Positions 1 through 12,739 of a stretch of DNA of 64,000 bases are shown one piece after another; position 1 is the first letter of the stretch; the number at the start of each line of letters is the position of its first letter. Source of the DNA: Piedraia hortae CBS 480.64 (Eukaryota); the NCBI GenBank assembly GCA_010093745.1, contig MU005964.1:248001-312000 (forward strand). The letters are read 5' to 3'. The notes below the pieces were generated by a model. It searched no databases. It worked only from the letters and a program-made list of their open reading frames with translations, and had not been told where the DNA came from. Position numbers and translations under genes: made by a program.

Positions 1-128
1 AGGAGGCGGGAAATAGAATTACGAGGTGCGTTTCTACGCCGGGACAGGAGGTTTTGGAACGGGAGATGATGAGGAGGATTTTTGGGGAGGTGTAGTTCAA
101 ATGGGGATGATATTTCTCGTCAGGTCGT

Positions 129-2313
129 TTACTGGGATGTGATGGGTTCAGTGTGGCCATTGGTATCAGCACCATGTCCATTGACCCCATTGGCATGTCC
201 ATCGCCATTAGCACAACACTCCCCATTCGTCATTCCGCCTTTATACAACTGACTAACCCCATCCTTTGACGCAGGAACATCAAGAGCAGGGTTGCTCTCA
301 AAAAAATCCGCCGGTCTGAGAGAAACAGTATGAATCTCAACCGGCATAACGGGCCAATCTTCAGTTCTGGGGTTATGCGTCAAGCCAAAGACGGCCCACA
401 CCACCACGTCTTTATCCCTCAGCGCCTCCCCGCGACGGACCATATCCGCCACCCCGCCGCTTTCTTGCCGACTTTGCATCGTGAACCTACCTGCGGCGTA
501 TAGCTCGTTGTCATGGTAAGGCGTGAACCACATGTGGTGCTGCGCAAATGCAGCGCGACGGGCTTGGATTGAATCCCGATCCGCGAGGAGGAGCTGCGTT
601 GGTGGAGAGATTAACTTGTAGCCTACGTTGCGGCCGCTTATGGGGTTTGTTTTGTTTTCATTGATGATTTTGAAGATTCGGTTGGTTTGGGGGGATAGGT
701 CTGCTGAGCAGGATTGTTCGATGGGGGTTGAGACGACTTTGTAGGCGTTTCCCTTGGGGTTAGTTATATCGTTCATGGGTATGGTGAGCGATTCTTCCTG
801 GGTTATGGTGTTGTTCTGGCCGTCAACGGCTGGGTCGATGCGGAGGGCAAAGATGTGTTGGTGGTTCTGAGCAAGAACGCCTGGGTTCAGCACGTTGCCG
901 TAATCGCTGGTCTTACCGGGGTCAATGTGCACGGCACTGACGATTCCTGTGGCTCTGGTCTCGATATCGATGCCGCCCGCTTGGTCGAACTTGTAGGCAA
1001 AGATATACTCGTAGTTAGCGAGTGTGATTATGAATTGAACTACGAGTTCCCGTCGACGGGTTACGACCGCCCGTCCTGTGCGCCAGTTGGTGTGCTTCCA
1101 CAGGATCCCGTTGTCTTGCTCGTGAAGGCAGACAACGTTGGGATGATCCTGGACTTTGCCGTCGGAATCAACACTAACGGCATCAAAGTACTGCCACTTT
1201 AGCTTCATCTCGGACAAAATGGAAATAGCCTACCTTTATCACACCCAAGCAGTCACAACCAAGGGCAAGGTTGTTTGCACAGTTCCCAGCACCACCGTCA
1301 CCGAAATCAAACGCCTGTTTTCGATGATACGGTGGACGGGCATCGCCATATGGGACCGTCATCTCACTGATTGACAGTCGATAGAGGACACTCCTTCCTG
1401 CGAAGCGAACGTCATGCAAAACGGCTCCTTCACGGGCGTTGAACGACACACGGAAGCTCCAATTCTGCCATTCAACCAGGGAATCTTCATCGATATCAAA
1501 CGACGGACCCTCGGGCTGAACGACATGAAGAGGCTTCAAAGTCTTCCTCGTGCCTCCAGGAACTAACTCGGGAACGTATTCTGCAGGCTTGCAGTGCTCC
1601 AATACTTTCCGATCGTAAGTCTTGTCATAGAGGCCATCCTTTTTGCCGCCTGTGGCCAGACGATCGATGCGGATAATCTCCCGCTTGTGTGCATCCATGA
1701 TTGGAATCAGCGGCAGCGGGAAGGCATAGAAGTTTGAGTCTGGATTGCCGGAGCTAGAGTCTTGGGCAAAGATGAGGCCTTGAAAGTACCGAAGATTTTC
1801 ATCGGTGTTATCAAGTCCACCATAGGGCCAAGGCTCTATGATGATTTCGAAATTGTCAGGCAAATCGAATTCTGCAATGGCATCTTTAAACAGCTTGGAG
1901 GATTGGCACACTTCAACTAGGGTACGCAACTCGGATCTGGGAAGTCAGTTCTGTTCGTAGGTTAGATTGTGTGCCAAGACGAACACTGTGAGGGAGGCAT
2001 GGTGTTCCGTTCCCACGACTTCATGATGAACGCGTTCCTTGGTGTTCAAATCGACAAACGCTTCGTTATAAGCGGGAACCTTGTCCTTTCCGATAACATC
2101 GTACTGGCACTTTGCCAGCCTTGCCGGCGGCTTGGACGAGGAAGTTAGTTTGCCAGAGTGTTCTAGCTCTAGAAAGGCTAGAACTTCTGATTTTGGTGGT
2201 TCTTGAAGGTATATTTCACGAAAAACGATAACTTCATCGGGATGAAGATTCAGGATAACCTCGCGGGCGGTTTCAACCTCGCTACGAGAGAGTGACTTGA
2301 ATGGATGAATCAT
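129..2313 (-). CDS. Copper amine oxidase (3 exons; introns ~1937-1984 and ~1191-1233)
   Basis: Three ORF pieces join through GT-AG introns; TPQ consensus ANYEY, HQH copper ligands, FDFGDGG, HNPRTEDWPVMP. Confidence 0.95.
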
Positions 2314-2476
2314 TGTTGCTGCGAAGAATCAGACGGACTGGAAGGGCGGGGTCATATCCTGCACGAGTTACTCATGTGCAAAGTCAAAATAGGCGATAGG
2401 CTGCAGTTATCGGAGATAAGTGAACGTCGACAACCTATTTCTGTCCATCTGGCATCGTTCACTTGGAATCGCCAAA

Positions 2477-2965
2477 ATGCCGTTTGAACCAAAAGTGAAA
2501 CCGAAGCTGGACCCGCCCAAGGACGATCCAATCAGCAAGGAGTATCTCGCAAAATGCAATGGTATGTTGAGGTATTGTTAACCACCAACCTAACACTGAT
2601 GAAACACCAGGCCAGAACGAAGGATATCCGACCTACGTAGCGATCAAGGTATCGTCATCTGTGAATCATTGCCCAAACACTAACCAATAATCAGGGAACG
2701 GTTTTCGACGTCTCTGCGAACCCAGCATATGGACCCCAAGGATCGTACAAAGGTACAGATTTTTCCTTATCTACTCGCATTCGACTGACATGACGCAGTC
2801 TTCGCAGGCCGAGATCCATCCCGCGCATTGGCTCAGTCTTCGTTGAAAGAGGAAGACTGCACCCCCGATTGGGAAGACCTCTCGCCGGACCTCATCAAAG
2901 TACTGAACGATTGGTTTACATACTTTGAAAAGCGGTATAACATTGTCGGGAGGGTTGAAGGGTGA
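2477..2965 (+). CDS. Cytochrome b5-like heme/steroid-binding (MAPR/Dap1-family) small protein, 4 exons
   Basis: Not in ORF track. Splicing three GT-AG introns gives MPFEPKVKPKLDPPKDDPISKEYLAKCNG...YVAIKGTVFDVS...FAGRDPSRALA...WFTYFEKRYNIVGRVEG*. Confidence 0.9.
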
Positions 2966-2970
2966 ATTGA

Positions 2971-5013
2971 TTAACTCTTTCTGGCCTTTCTCATCGCTCT
3001 CTTCCTTCCTATGATCCTATTCCTCAGAACAGTCTTTTCGTCGACTGTTTTCCTTTCCTTTTTCTTCTTTGGCTCTTCCTCTTCCTCTTCCTCTTTCGCT
3101 TCCGCTTCCCTCTTCCTCTTCCTCTCATTTCTCACGCCTTTGCTGACCCTAAGCCTCTCCCTCTCCTCACGTCTACTAAGAACAGTCTTATTCTCAATCG
3201 CAAACTCAACAATAAGCCGCTTCTTCCTCTCCTCTTTGCCCTTGTCCACTTTGTATTCGACGGCATGTCCATTCAACCATCTCAGTCCCATGAGTGCCGC
3301 ACGGTGGGTATGGTATTCAATGAACCCATAGCCTCTACTCCTTCCACCCTCCATCTCCTTGATCCTACTACCACCAGCACTCTCAAATACGACTTTCGCC
3401 TGCTTCACAACACCCTTTGCCGCCTTCTTTCGCGCAATTTCAGCGGCTTGCATCTCCTCTCCGCCCCTCGCCAGCTCCTCTTTAGAGAGTCTCCCTCTCT
3501 TGCCGGCTTTGACGTCCTTTGCAAACCCCACAATCGCCTCGCGTGCGAGTGCTTTGAGTGCCCTGCTATCTACGCTGCGGGGCAGGTTCCTGATGCTCAG
3601 CCTTGTAAGGCTCAAGTGCAATGCAGGGTTCGATTCGATCAGTTTCTTCCTCTGTCGTGCTGATGCTTCACGCATCGTCCTCTCCGACTGCGGCAGCTTT
3701 TCCCAGAGGGCGGATTTGGGGGATATCGTGCCTTCGGAAAGCAGATAGAGGTGGCGTTTGTCCTCGCTGCGTTTCCTGCGGGAGGCAATGCCCTCTGCTG
3801 CGAGGCGGGTGGCTTCGCTTTGAGACACAGCTCGCGAGAGTTGAAGCACACGGCCGGAAAGGGTGTAGTCACCGCTTGGGTCGGTGGAGTCGTTTTGGAG
3901 GACTGACCGCGGGTTGGATTCGTCCACAGTGGGACGTCGTGGTGCGTTGCGGAGACACTTGTCCGCATCTTCTTTGGAGTAGAAGCTCACGAACCCGGTG
4001 CCTTTGGACCGTTCGGTGATGGGATCCAATACTACGCGGGCGTAGCGGACGCCTCCAAATGAGGCGAAATGGTCCTCAAGGTCTTCGTCGGTGCAGCTAA
4101 AAGGAAGGTTGCGGATGAAGAGGGTGCTGGATTTGTCTTCTGTTGGATATTTGTCGATTGGGGCATCATCGTCTTCCCCGTCTTCCCCGTCTTCCCTGTC
4201 TTTCTCGTCTTCTGGAATTTTCTCTTCATCTCCATCCTCTTCCCCGTCCTCATCACTATCTTCATCCGCCTCATCCCCCTCAGACTCACTTCCCCCCTCT
4301 CTAGCCTCCGTCTCATCCACACCCCCCTCAACCTGTCTACTCTGCAACTCCTCAAAAACCTCCTTCTCAACCGCCCAATCCACCGCCAACGTCCTTCCAT
4401 CCACGACCTTCCCATTAACCCCCTCAATCGCCTTCTCAGCATTCTTCCTCCCTCTCATAACCACAAACCCAAACCCCGCCATAAGCCCCTTCCCCTTCGA
4501 CGGAACATACGCCTTCCTAACCTTCCCATAGCTCAGGAAAAGCCTCTCAAGCTGATTCGGTCCTTTGATCGACCACGGGAGATTTCTAATAATGAGTTTT
4601 GTCGTGAGCAGCGGCTTGGACGTATCCGTACCGGATTTGGCAGAATCGCGCTGTCTCGGTTCGGCGATTTCCACGCATAGTTTGCGGTCTTGAAAGGTGC
4701 GGCCGTTGAATTCGGTCCGTGCGCGCTGGGCGTCGTCATGGTCGGTCAAGGTCACGAAGCCGTAGCCTTTGCAGGTTTTGCTTTCTTTGTCGGTTACTGC
4801 GACGGAGTGGACGACCGGGAAGGATTCAGAGATGAGGTCGGAGAGGGAGTCTGAGGTAGTTGAAGGGGGAAGGCCGCGGATGAAGATTGTGCGGCTTTTG
4901 GTGGGTTTTTCTTCGGGGTTGGGTTGGTTTGCTGCTTCGAGTGTGGGTTCTTGGGGTTTAAGTTTCTCTTCTGTGGCGCCATTGAGCTTCTGCTTCTTTG
5001 GGGGGTGGGCCAT
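2971..5013 (-). CDS. NOP4: Nucleolar multi-RRM ribosome biogenesis protein (Nop4/RBM28)
   Basis: 680 aa, four RRMs (KGYGFV, AGFGFV, KGTGFV, RGYGFI), acidic linker, basic C-terminus. Confidence 0.93.
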   Translation of the reverse strand: MAHPPKKQKLNGATEEKLKPQEPTLEAANQPNPEEKPTKSRTIFIRGLPPSTTSDSLSDLISESFPVVHSVAVTDKESKTCKGYGFVTLTDHDDAQRARTEFNGRTFQDRKLCVEIAEPRQRDSAKSGTDTSKPLLTTKLIIRNLPWSIKGPNQLERLFLSYGKVRKAYVPSKGKGLMAGFGFVVMRGRKNAEKAIEGVNGKVVDGRTLAVDWAVEKEVFEELQSRQVEGGVDETEAREGGSESEGDEADEDSDEDGEEDGDEEKIPEDEKDREDGEDGEDDDAPIDKYPTEDKSSTLFIRNLPFSCTDEDLEDHFASFGGVRYARVVLDPITERSKGTGFVSFYSKEDADKCLRNAPRRPTVDESNPRSVLQNDSTDPSGDYTLSGRVLQLSRAVSQSEATRLAAEGIASRRKRSEDKRHLYLLSEGTISPKSALWEKLPQSERTMREASARQRKKLIESNPALHLSLTRLSIRNLPRSVDSRALKALAREAIVGFAKDVKAGKRGRLSKEELARGGEEMQAAEIARKKAAKGVVKQAKVVFESAGGSRIKEMEGGRSRGYGFIEYHTHRAALMGLRWLNGHAVEYKVDKGKEERKKRLIVEFAIENKTVLSRREERERLRVSKGVRNERKRKREAEAKEEEEEEEPKKKKERKTVDEKTVLRNRIIGRKRAMRKARKS

Positions 5014-5166
5014 TTTGTCTGTGGTGTACAGTTGCGACTTTTTTTTGAAGTTTGCGCCGGGGCGGGCCGTGCGGATTGAACGTCACTTCAAGACGTCACT
5101 CTACCACCAACACGACTTAAGGTCTACGTAGACTCAGCTCCAGTATCACACGCCTCTACATAGGTT

Positions 5167-8136
5167 TTATGTAGATTCAGTTTCAGTAGTACACATCCCC
5201 AATATATCATCGAGAATTTTCTTTGGTTGATCCACGATATCAACCTCCAGAAATGCCCTCGCAATGGCCTCCTACACCCATCGTCAGCCTCATCCCAAAA
5301 ACCGAAACTCACTCACAGCTTCAGTAATCTCCTCCAATTCATTCACAGGTAGTTCTGCACAAATCTCCCGCAGGTTCTCCCCGCGAGCCATGAGCAGAAT
5401 CAGCTCTTCGGCACGATCCACAATCGCCATGTCAATACCGTTCATTGCGGCGCAATAAGTGCCCAAGCTGGAGCTGCTGCGGCCCTGGCGGATATTATAA
5501 AGGTACGTTACCTGGCCTTCCACGTCTGTAGCCTCCTGGTCAATCCGCACCTCCATATGAGTAAACACCAGAGATCGACGCGGGGTGAGAAAGCCGGCTT
5601 CGAAGATCTCGTGAAAGTGCGTCGCCGCCAAAACCTTGGGACACTCCGTTCCACGCTGGAGTAGATGCTCAAACACTCCGGCTGCGAGCCCGGCACCATC
5701 GTTAGATTCGGTGCCTTTTCCAAACTCGTCAATGATTAGTAGGGAGCGTCGCGTTGCCAGATTCAACGCCATGGAAACCTGTTGCAGGTCAATGGCAAAC
5801 GCACTTTGAAAACGAGAAACGCTCTCTCGAGTAGAGATTCGTGTGAGCAGTTTGTCAGTCAATCCAATCGTTGCCGCTGCTGCCGGTACGAAGCTGCCCA
5901 CATGTGCCATGAAAACGATGATGGCAACTTGCTTTAGGTAAACACTTTTTCCAGAATAGTTCGGGCCCGTCATGAGAACCATGCGAGGCCCGCCATCTGC
6001 ACTGCTTTCCGTATTGTTAGTTTGCTCGCCCTCTCCACCTGCAATGTCAGAATCGTTCGCCACATAGGACGACACCGTTAGCTCCTGCAAAGGATGCCGC
6101 CCACCCTTTACCTGCACAACATTGTCACTGGTCATAATCGGACGGCAGAAATTGTGCAAACTAGCACCTCTGGCAAGGGCCACAAAGCTGTCGAGCTCGC
6201 CGCAAACGTCTGAGACGGTATTGAGCAAGTCTTCATGCTCTAGCACTCGCATTGCGAGTTCTTGTACAATCTCAATCTCCTTGTCACAGATACGACCGTA
6301 GATGTCGCCAAAGTATTGGTCCATCTCGGCCATTTGGGTGTTCTTATAGTAGGCATTCTGCTCAGTAACAAACATCTTCTCCCATACATCCTCTGCTGTG
6401 CCTTCATATACACCTCTTCCCAGATCTTTTGCAAGCTGGGTAGAGATGAGAAAGCCGATCTGCGGGAAGAATATGACATTGATCCTGGTATCGAGCTCGG
6501 CAGGAACGGTTTCAGCAATTTGACGGGCAACTTGGGACAACAAGTCCTCAATGCCGTCGTAGGTACGCTTTGCTTCATCCAGTTCATCGTCGACTCCCGG
6601 CAGCACCACAGTCCGCCGTTGGTCACGAGACGACTCAAAGTCGACAACGCTGCTGATGAGATGGCCAACTGCCACCAATTCCTGCTTGTCAAAGGTTTCA
6701 ATAATTTTTGTCATCAGCCCAAGGCCTTCGCCACCATTCAGCTCCTCAATTGAGTCTCTGATTCCAAGGGCAAAATAGATAAAATTTCGTAAGCTGGGCC
6801 AAACAGAGCTACTCACCCCACGGTTCTTGTCCAGCCCACCACTGTTTCCCCTGCGAAGGTTCACGACGGCAAGACGTATGTTCTTGATCTTCGCCAGAGA
6901 ATCCACTATATGACCCAAACAAGACGTGTTTTCAGGCCGAAGGAACGCCTCTATGGTATGCAGTCGCTCGTTGATGATTTCAATATTCAGGCTTGGGCGA
7001 AGGAAATACTGCCGCAACAATGCACGTCCCTGTGTAGTTTTGGCTTGTTGATGAAACAAGCCATAGACCGAGAGACCTTCTTTAGAGCCACTGGCCCATC
7101 CTCCGCTGGGTGGCTTAATGTTTGGATGAGATTCCGTCGACATGATCTGTAACGAATGCAAGGTATCGGAATTGATAAACATTGATCCGACCAGGCTGAA
7201 CATTTCAACTGTGTTGATGAGGAACATTGAAGCTGATGCTTCATGGCCAGGAACGCACGAGGTCGCCCGGCGTCGTTGAAGGTAGGATAAAACAGCACCG
7301 GCACATCCAACCGTGGTACGGCTTTCAAGGTTGATCCAACTTGAAAGTCGTAACAGTCGTTCTTGGCTTCCTGCAAAGGGCGTTTCATAACTGCCATCGT
7401 TCCAGTGGTCAGGAACGACATCACCAGGCACGACAAACGTCACCCTAGGGCCTCCATCTTCGCCTATGCGAAGTTTGATTAATTTGTTCTTGGCAGATTC
7501 GTAGCCAAACTCCACAGCCGGACGATTTTCTATCAGATAAGGCAAATCTGCTCGCCCGGCGCGTCTATCACCGTCAGATGAGCCAGGGGTTGGATTGCCT
7601 TCCAGCCGAGCAGCGGCGTCTTCGTCACACTTGGTCGAGACCAACACAACGGTTGGCTCAATGAATAGCTTCACTGTCTCTAGTCAGTCGATGCACCTAC
7701 AGCATGTAATCAACGCACAGGCTTCAACAATGTCAGCACTGCCTTGTTTGGCATCTTCCATGAAACACAACTTCTCTTCCCAGGCAACATAATAGGCGCA
7801 GCCTATGGTGCCGCGTTCAGTCATGTTGACAGCCATGACCACCTCAGCCAAGGTGTCGACATCGGCTGCAAACTCCGTATCCTGTTGCTCTGTCAGCTGA
7901 TCAAAGTAGTCCCTCCGTGCGGTAGTCCTTGGCTGAGCAGAGTGACTGCATGAAACTGTGGAAGGTGTAGCATTACGCTCTTGTGATGTGCTTCTAGGCG
8001 TTCTACTGGCTATGCGGCTATAAGGAGTGAGCGACCGTGGGGTGCCCCGTGAATCACAGGATGTTTCTCGAGCTGCTCTGCGTTTTGAGAAAGCAGTTTG
8101 GCCGCAGCCCCGCCATCTGCCTCGATGTGGAGCCAT
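5167..8136 (-). CDS. MSH5: Meiotic MutS homolog 5
   Basis: MutS ATPase motifs TGPNYSGKS, IDEFGKGT, ATHFHE; introns near 7675-7730 and 5272-5316; terminal exon EAIARAFLEVDI...TEST*. Confidence 0.9.
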
Positions 8137-8362
8137 TCGAGTACGGTTGGGCGAGGGAAAAGGTTGAAAGAAGAATTAGAGAAAGACGTTGGGGAGCACA
8201 CCGTCAGCTTCCCTGTTCATCACGTGTTCCCTTGCTCGAATGTTCAGTCTTTAGTTTATCGTTCCATCAGGTGGGGGACCCCGCCGGAACGTATTTGACA
8301 CAACAGATGAGAAACTGCAGTCAGCAGGACCACAGAGTCTATCGAAAATTGCTGTCAAGTGT

Positions 8363-8841
8363 TTATTGGCCTTTTTTCTCCTTCTTTCCTTCTGCCCATG
8401 CTTGATACTCCTGACGTTGTGCTCTAATGTCCCTGTATCCAGGTCGAATGTCGAGGCTTACGTATGGGTTTCCACCGACACCGACATCTTGCATCTTGCG
8501 AGCTGCCTTACTGCGCTCCAACATCCCCGCCCAAACTCTCCATTGAATGGGTTCCAGCTTTGGACTGCTCAGGACAACGCCCAGACACAACAACAGGACA
8601 GAAACTATCGTTTCAAGCACAATATCGAGAGGTAGATTTATCTTCGGATCAAGAAGTGCCGGAATAGCTTTGATTACTGGTGGACTTGGAGTGTTTGGCA
8701 GAAGCGAAAATTCGTAGGCGCTGTAGACTCTGTAAACTGTGTTAGTACGTGTTCAAAGCCTGAGGTATTGATGATCATGACGTACGCATGCGACAGGAGA
8801 ATGACGCCGACCAGATTGATTACCGCAGCTACTAGTTCCAT
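8363..8841 (-). CDS. EMC5: ER membrane complex subunit 5 / membrane magnesium transporter family
   Basis: MELVAAVINLVGVILLSHA|intron|YSAYE...LPLDIVLETIVSVLLLCLGVVL; two TM segments; RPGYRDIR. Confidence 0.8.
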
Positions 8842-9020
8842 GATCGCAACTGCCCGCAGTGGTGGTGAAGCTGATCGAATGTAGTCGCGATCGGGGCTTG
8901 GCAAAACGTCACTGTCAACGGCTTGCCAAACCACGTGAACGCAGGCAAGGCATGACAAGCAATGGGTACATATAGATCGGGTCAGTCATAAAACATCTAC
9001 GCAACCGCTATGGAACGAGT

Positions 9021-10018
9021 CTACAACTTTTGCATGGCGACGACATCGCTGGACTGCACATGGTCCTCAATCTCCGCAATCTCTTCCTGAAGTTCATCTA
9101 GAGAGACCTTCTCGTCCTCGACAACGAGATTGATCTGGAGTTTGTTGATACCAAAGCCAACGGGCACGCGCTTAGACGCACCCCAGACAAGTCCGTCCTT
9201 TTCGATGGCGCGCACAGCCTTCTCAAGGGCCTCCATGTCTGTCTCGTCGTCTAGGGTAGCTGTTAGCTAGGAAGCACTTGAACCATAGACAGGAACGTAC
9301 CCCATGGTTTGACGTCGAGCGTCACAATAGACTTGGCGGCAGGCTTGGCTTTGCCGGCCTTCTTCTTTGCGTATTCCGCAAGACGCTCCTCGCGGATGCG
9401 GACAGTCTCCGGATCCTCCTCTTCCTCATCGCTACCAAACATGTCCATATCGTCTTCGTCTTCGTCATCAGCTGCGGCTGCGGCCTTTGGTTTTTCATCC
9501 TTGGAGTTAGGGGCCTTGGCCGGGTGGGTGGCGAGCTCGCTCGATTCAGGGCCGTAGGCAGTATACGCCTTTGACGGGTCACCAGGCAAGGAAGAGAATT
9601 CTGACTTGTAGGATGCAATGTGCTTGTACCAGCGGTGGGCATGAGGGTACTTTTCAGCAGACGGCTGCTCCTTCAAGACCTCGAAGCATTTCACATCGGC
9701 CTGCGTAGGGGCATAACTATGAAAGGTCAGCATGAGAACATTTTGCAGAGAGCTGTAGCTAAGGCAAAGCGAGGGATCAGAGATGCAACTAGTGCTTTGT
9801 CTTGTAGTCATTCGACGGGGTCTTAAGCCGCCTCATCAACACGGACCAAATTGCTTTCATCACGGCAAATTTAAAGAGAGACGCGCACTTACCCAACGAT
9901 GTAGCTGCGGGTCTTGACCCAGCTATCAAGCACTGAAACAGTCAGCTTCTGCCGAGTTCCTCTAGGGGTGACACCTACTCTTCAATCCCGCGTCGGTAAG
10001 AAGATCGGCGAAACCCAT
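9021..10018 (-). CDS. EFB1: Translation elongation factor 1-beta (4 exons)
   Basis: [12 protein letters not shown]..., [21 protein letters not shown], end [12 protein letters not shown]. Confidence 0.97.
9772..9868 (-). ncRNA. SNR18: Box C/D snoRNA U18/snR18, intronic
   Basis: In the 176-nt intron 9717-9892: C box GTGATGA (9863-9857), guide TTTGGTCCGTGTT complementary to LSU rRNA AACACGGACCAA, D' ATGA, terminal D box CTGA (9780-9777); yeast snR18 is also hosted in the EFB1 intron. Confidence 0.88.
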
Positions 10019-10185
10019 GATGACAAGTTGTTACAGAGTGTCAAAGCGTGCTTGCAAAGGTGTCGACGCAGTCGTGTCAAAAAGTTGCACAGGGAAGGGC
10101 TTGGCATTGCGGCACGGTGCGAGCCGAGGCAGCGGCTCGCCCCGATCCACCTGAGCTAACGTCCAACGGGCATATGCGCCGACGT

Positions 10186-10240
10186 TTCCAGAATGTGGGA
10201 GCACAGTCCAGTCGGTTCCGTTGCCATCGCCGTATATAAA
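10186..10240 (+). promoter_or_regulatory. HSP78 promoter: heat-shock element core and TATA box
   Basis: TTCCAGAA (nTTCnnGAAn) at 10186-10193 and TATATAAA at 10233-10240 upstream of ATG 10306. Confidence 0.55.
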
Positions 10241-10305
10241 GCTCTTTAGACTCGATGTCAAACAACTGAATCATCTGCCTACGTCAGATCGTGATAATAC
10301 CAAAA

Positions 10306-12657
10306 ATGCTGCCAGTAGGACGAAATGCTGCCAGGCGCGTGGCAGGTGTCAGGTATTCCCTGCCTCGAACAGTACTCAAGCGTAGTCCTTTTGCCGTAGC
10401 GAACCATGCAGGCATTATTTCTGCAGCCCTACCGAATCTGCAGCATCAGTATCGACACTATGCGAACGGCCGTCCTCATCCTCCTGGGGGCACTCACCGC
10501 ATGAATATGGGCAATGGCGAAGAGGAAAAAGCAGCCCTTGATCAATTTGGAATCGACCTCACAGCCAGGGCACGAGAAGGAAAGCTAGATCCAGTTATTG
10601 GCCGAGACAGTGAGATTCATCGGACAATTCAGATCCTTTCTCGTCGCACAAAATGTAATCCGGTGCTCATAGGCTCAGCTGGAACAGGAAAGACGGCTAT
10701 CCTAGAAGGATTGGCTCAGAGAATTGTACAAGGCGACGTTCCTGAAAGCATCAAAGATAAGCGTGTTATTGCGCTTGATTTGGGGAGTTTAATCGCCGGT
10801 GCCAAGTTCCGCGGTGATTTTGAAGAGCGGCTGAAGAAGGTGCTGAAGGAAGTAAAAGAGGCTGAAGGCAAGGTTATCTTGTTCATTGACGAGCTGCACA
10901 CTCTCCTTGGGCTTGGGAAGGCTGAAGGCAGTATCGATGCTTCTAACTTGCTCAAACCAGCCTTGGCTCGTGGAGAGTTGCAATGCTGCGGCGCTACTAC
11001 TCTGAACGAATACCGTCAGATTGAAAAGGATGTGGCGCTGGCACGGCGATTCCAACCCATCTTGGTCGAGGAACCATCTGTCCAAGACACAATCTCCATT
11101 CTCCGAGGTATCAAGGATCGCTACGAGGTTCACCATGGTGTGCGAATCTCAGATGGAGCCTTAGTAGCTGCAGCAGCATACAGTAATCGATACATTACCG
11201 ATCGCTTTTTGCCTGACAAAGCCATCGATCTCGTCGACGAGGCAGCGTCAGCTCTCCGTCTCCAGCAGGAGAGTAAACCTGACGCAGTGCAGGAGCTTGA
11301 TCGGCAGATCCTGACCATTCAAATCGAGCTTGAGAGTCTGCGCAAAGAGAATGATGTTGCGTCCAAGGAGCGTAGAGAGAAACTCGAAGAGACATTGAAG
11401 ACAAAACAGGCGGAGGCCAAAGTGTTGACTGAGAGATGGGAGAAAGAGCGCAAGGAAATCGACGAAATTAAGCATATCAAGGAAGAGCTGGACAAGGCAC
11501 GCACAGAGCTCGAGAATGTCCGCCGAGAAGGTGATCTTGCCCGAGCATCTGAACTGCTCTACTCTAAAATCCCTGCCCTACAGAAGAAACTTCCTGCCGA
11601 GGAAGGCGGTGAGGGTGCTAATTTACCGTCGTCTGAGACTCTTATCCATGATTTTGTTACAGCTGACGACATTGCGGCTGTGACAAGCAAAACTACCGGG
11701 ATTCCCGTCACAAAGCTCATGGCCGGGGAGGTCGAGAAGCTCGTTCACATGGAAGATAGCTTGAGACAGCACGTAAGGGGACAAGACGAAGCCTTGACGG
11801 CCGTCTCCAACGCGGTGCGCATGCAGAGGGCTGGCCTCAATGGCGAGAACCGGCCTTTGGCTTCGTTCATGTTCCTCGGTCCAACTGGTGTGGGCAAGAC
11901 TGAACTCTGCAAGCAAATAGCCTCATTTATATTCAGCACCGAAACTGCCGTGGTGCGGTTTGATATGTCTGAGTTCCAGGAGAAGCACACTGTGTCTCGG
12001 CTCATAGGTTCTCCGGCGGGCTATGTGGGCTATGAAGATGCAGGACAGCTCACCGAAGCCGTCCGTCGCAAGCCATATGCCGTTCTACTCTTTGACGAAT
12101 TTGAAAAAGCCCACCGCGACATATCCACTCTACTTCTTCAGGTCCTGGATGAGGGCTACTTGACCGATGCCCAAGGACACAAGGTCGACTTTAGGAATAC
12201 CATCATAGTACTAACCTCTAATCTGGGCGCCGAAGCTCTACTCGCAGACTCTGGAGATTCCTCTGGTGAGATCTCTGACAAGACAAAAGAAAGGGTCATG
12301 TCTGTGGTCGAAACATCGTACCCACCAGAGTTCCTTAACCGCATCGACGAGTTCATAATCTTCAAGCGGCTCTCCAAGTCTGCGCTCAAGGATATTGTCG
12401 ATATCAGGCTGAAGGAGCTGCAAAGCCGTCTCGACGAGCGAAGGATCAAGCTAGATGTCGATGAGATGACCAAGAATTGGCTCACCGACCATGGCTACGA
12501 TCCACGCTACGGTGCCAGACCGCTGAACAGACTCATTGCCAAGGAAGTGGGCAATTCCCTTGCGGACAAGATTATCCGTGGCCAAGTCAAAACCGGCGAC
12601 GTGGCCAAAGTTACCATCAAGGAAGGAAGAGAACACTTGGATGTTGTCCCTGCTTAG
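10306..12657 (+). CDS. HSP78: Mitochondrial ClpB-type disaggregase Hsp78
   Basis: Arg-rich presequence, no ClpB N-domain, two AAA+ modules ([16 protein letters not shown]), GYVG pore loop. Confidence 0.96.
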   Translation: MLPVGRNAARRVAGVRYSLPRTVLKRSPFAVANHAGIISAALPNLQHQYRHYANGRPHPPGGTHRMNMGNGEEEKAALDQFGIDLTARAREGKLDPVIGRDSEIHRTIQILSRRTKCNPVLIGSAGTGKTAILEGLAQRIVQGDVPESIKDKRVIALDLGSLIAGAKFRGDFEERLKKVLKEVKEAEGKVILFIDELHTLLGLGKAEGSIDASNLLKPALARGELQCCGATTLNEYRQIEKDVALARRFQPILVEEPSVQDTISILRGIKDRYEVHHGVRISDGALVAAAAYSNRYITDRFLPDKAIDLVDEAASALRLQQESKPDAVQELDRQILTIQIELESLRKENDVASKERREKLEETLKTKQAEAKVLTERWEKERKEIDEIKHIKEELDKARTELENVRREGDLARASELLYSKIPALQKKLPAEEGGEGANLPSSETLIHDFVTADDIAAVTSKTTGIPVTKLMAGEVEKLVHMEDSLRQHVRGQDEALTAVSNAVRMQRAGLNGENRPLASFMFLGPTGVGKTELCKQIASFIFSTETAVVRFDMSEFQEKHTVSRLIGSPAGYVGYEDAGQLTEAVRRKPYAVLLFDEFEKAHRDISTLLLQVLDEGYLTDAQGHKVDFRNTIIVLTSNLGAEALLADSGDSSGEISDKTKERVMSVVETSYPPEFLNRIDEFIIFKRLSKSALKDIVDIRLKELQSRLDERRIKLDVDEMTKNWLTDHGYDPRYGARPLNRLIAKEVGNSLADKIIRGQVKTGDVAKVTIKEGREHLDVVPA

Positions 12658-12739
12658 ATAAATTAAGAGACTTGACCACGAGAACGACATGCACAAAGGC
12701 TGTAAGATAATAGTACACTCCACGCTGTGGATTAATTGA

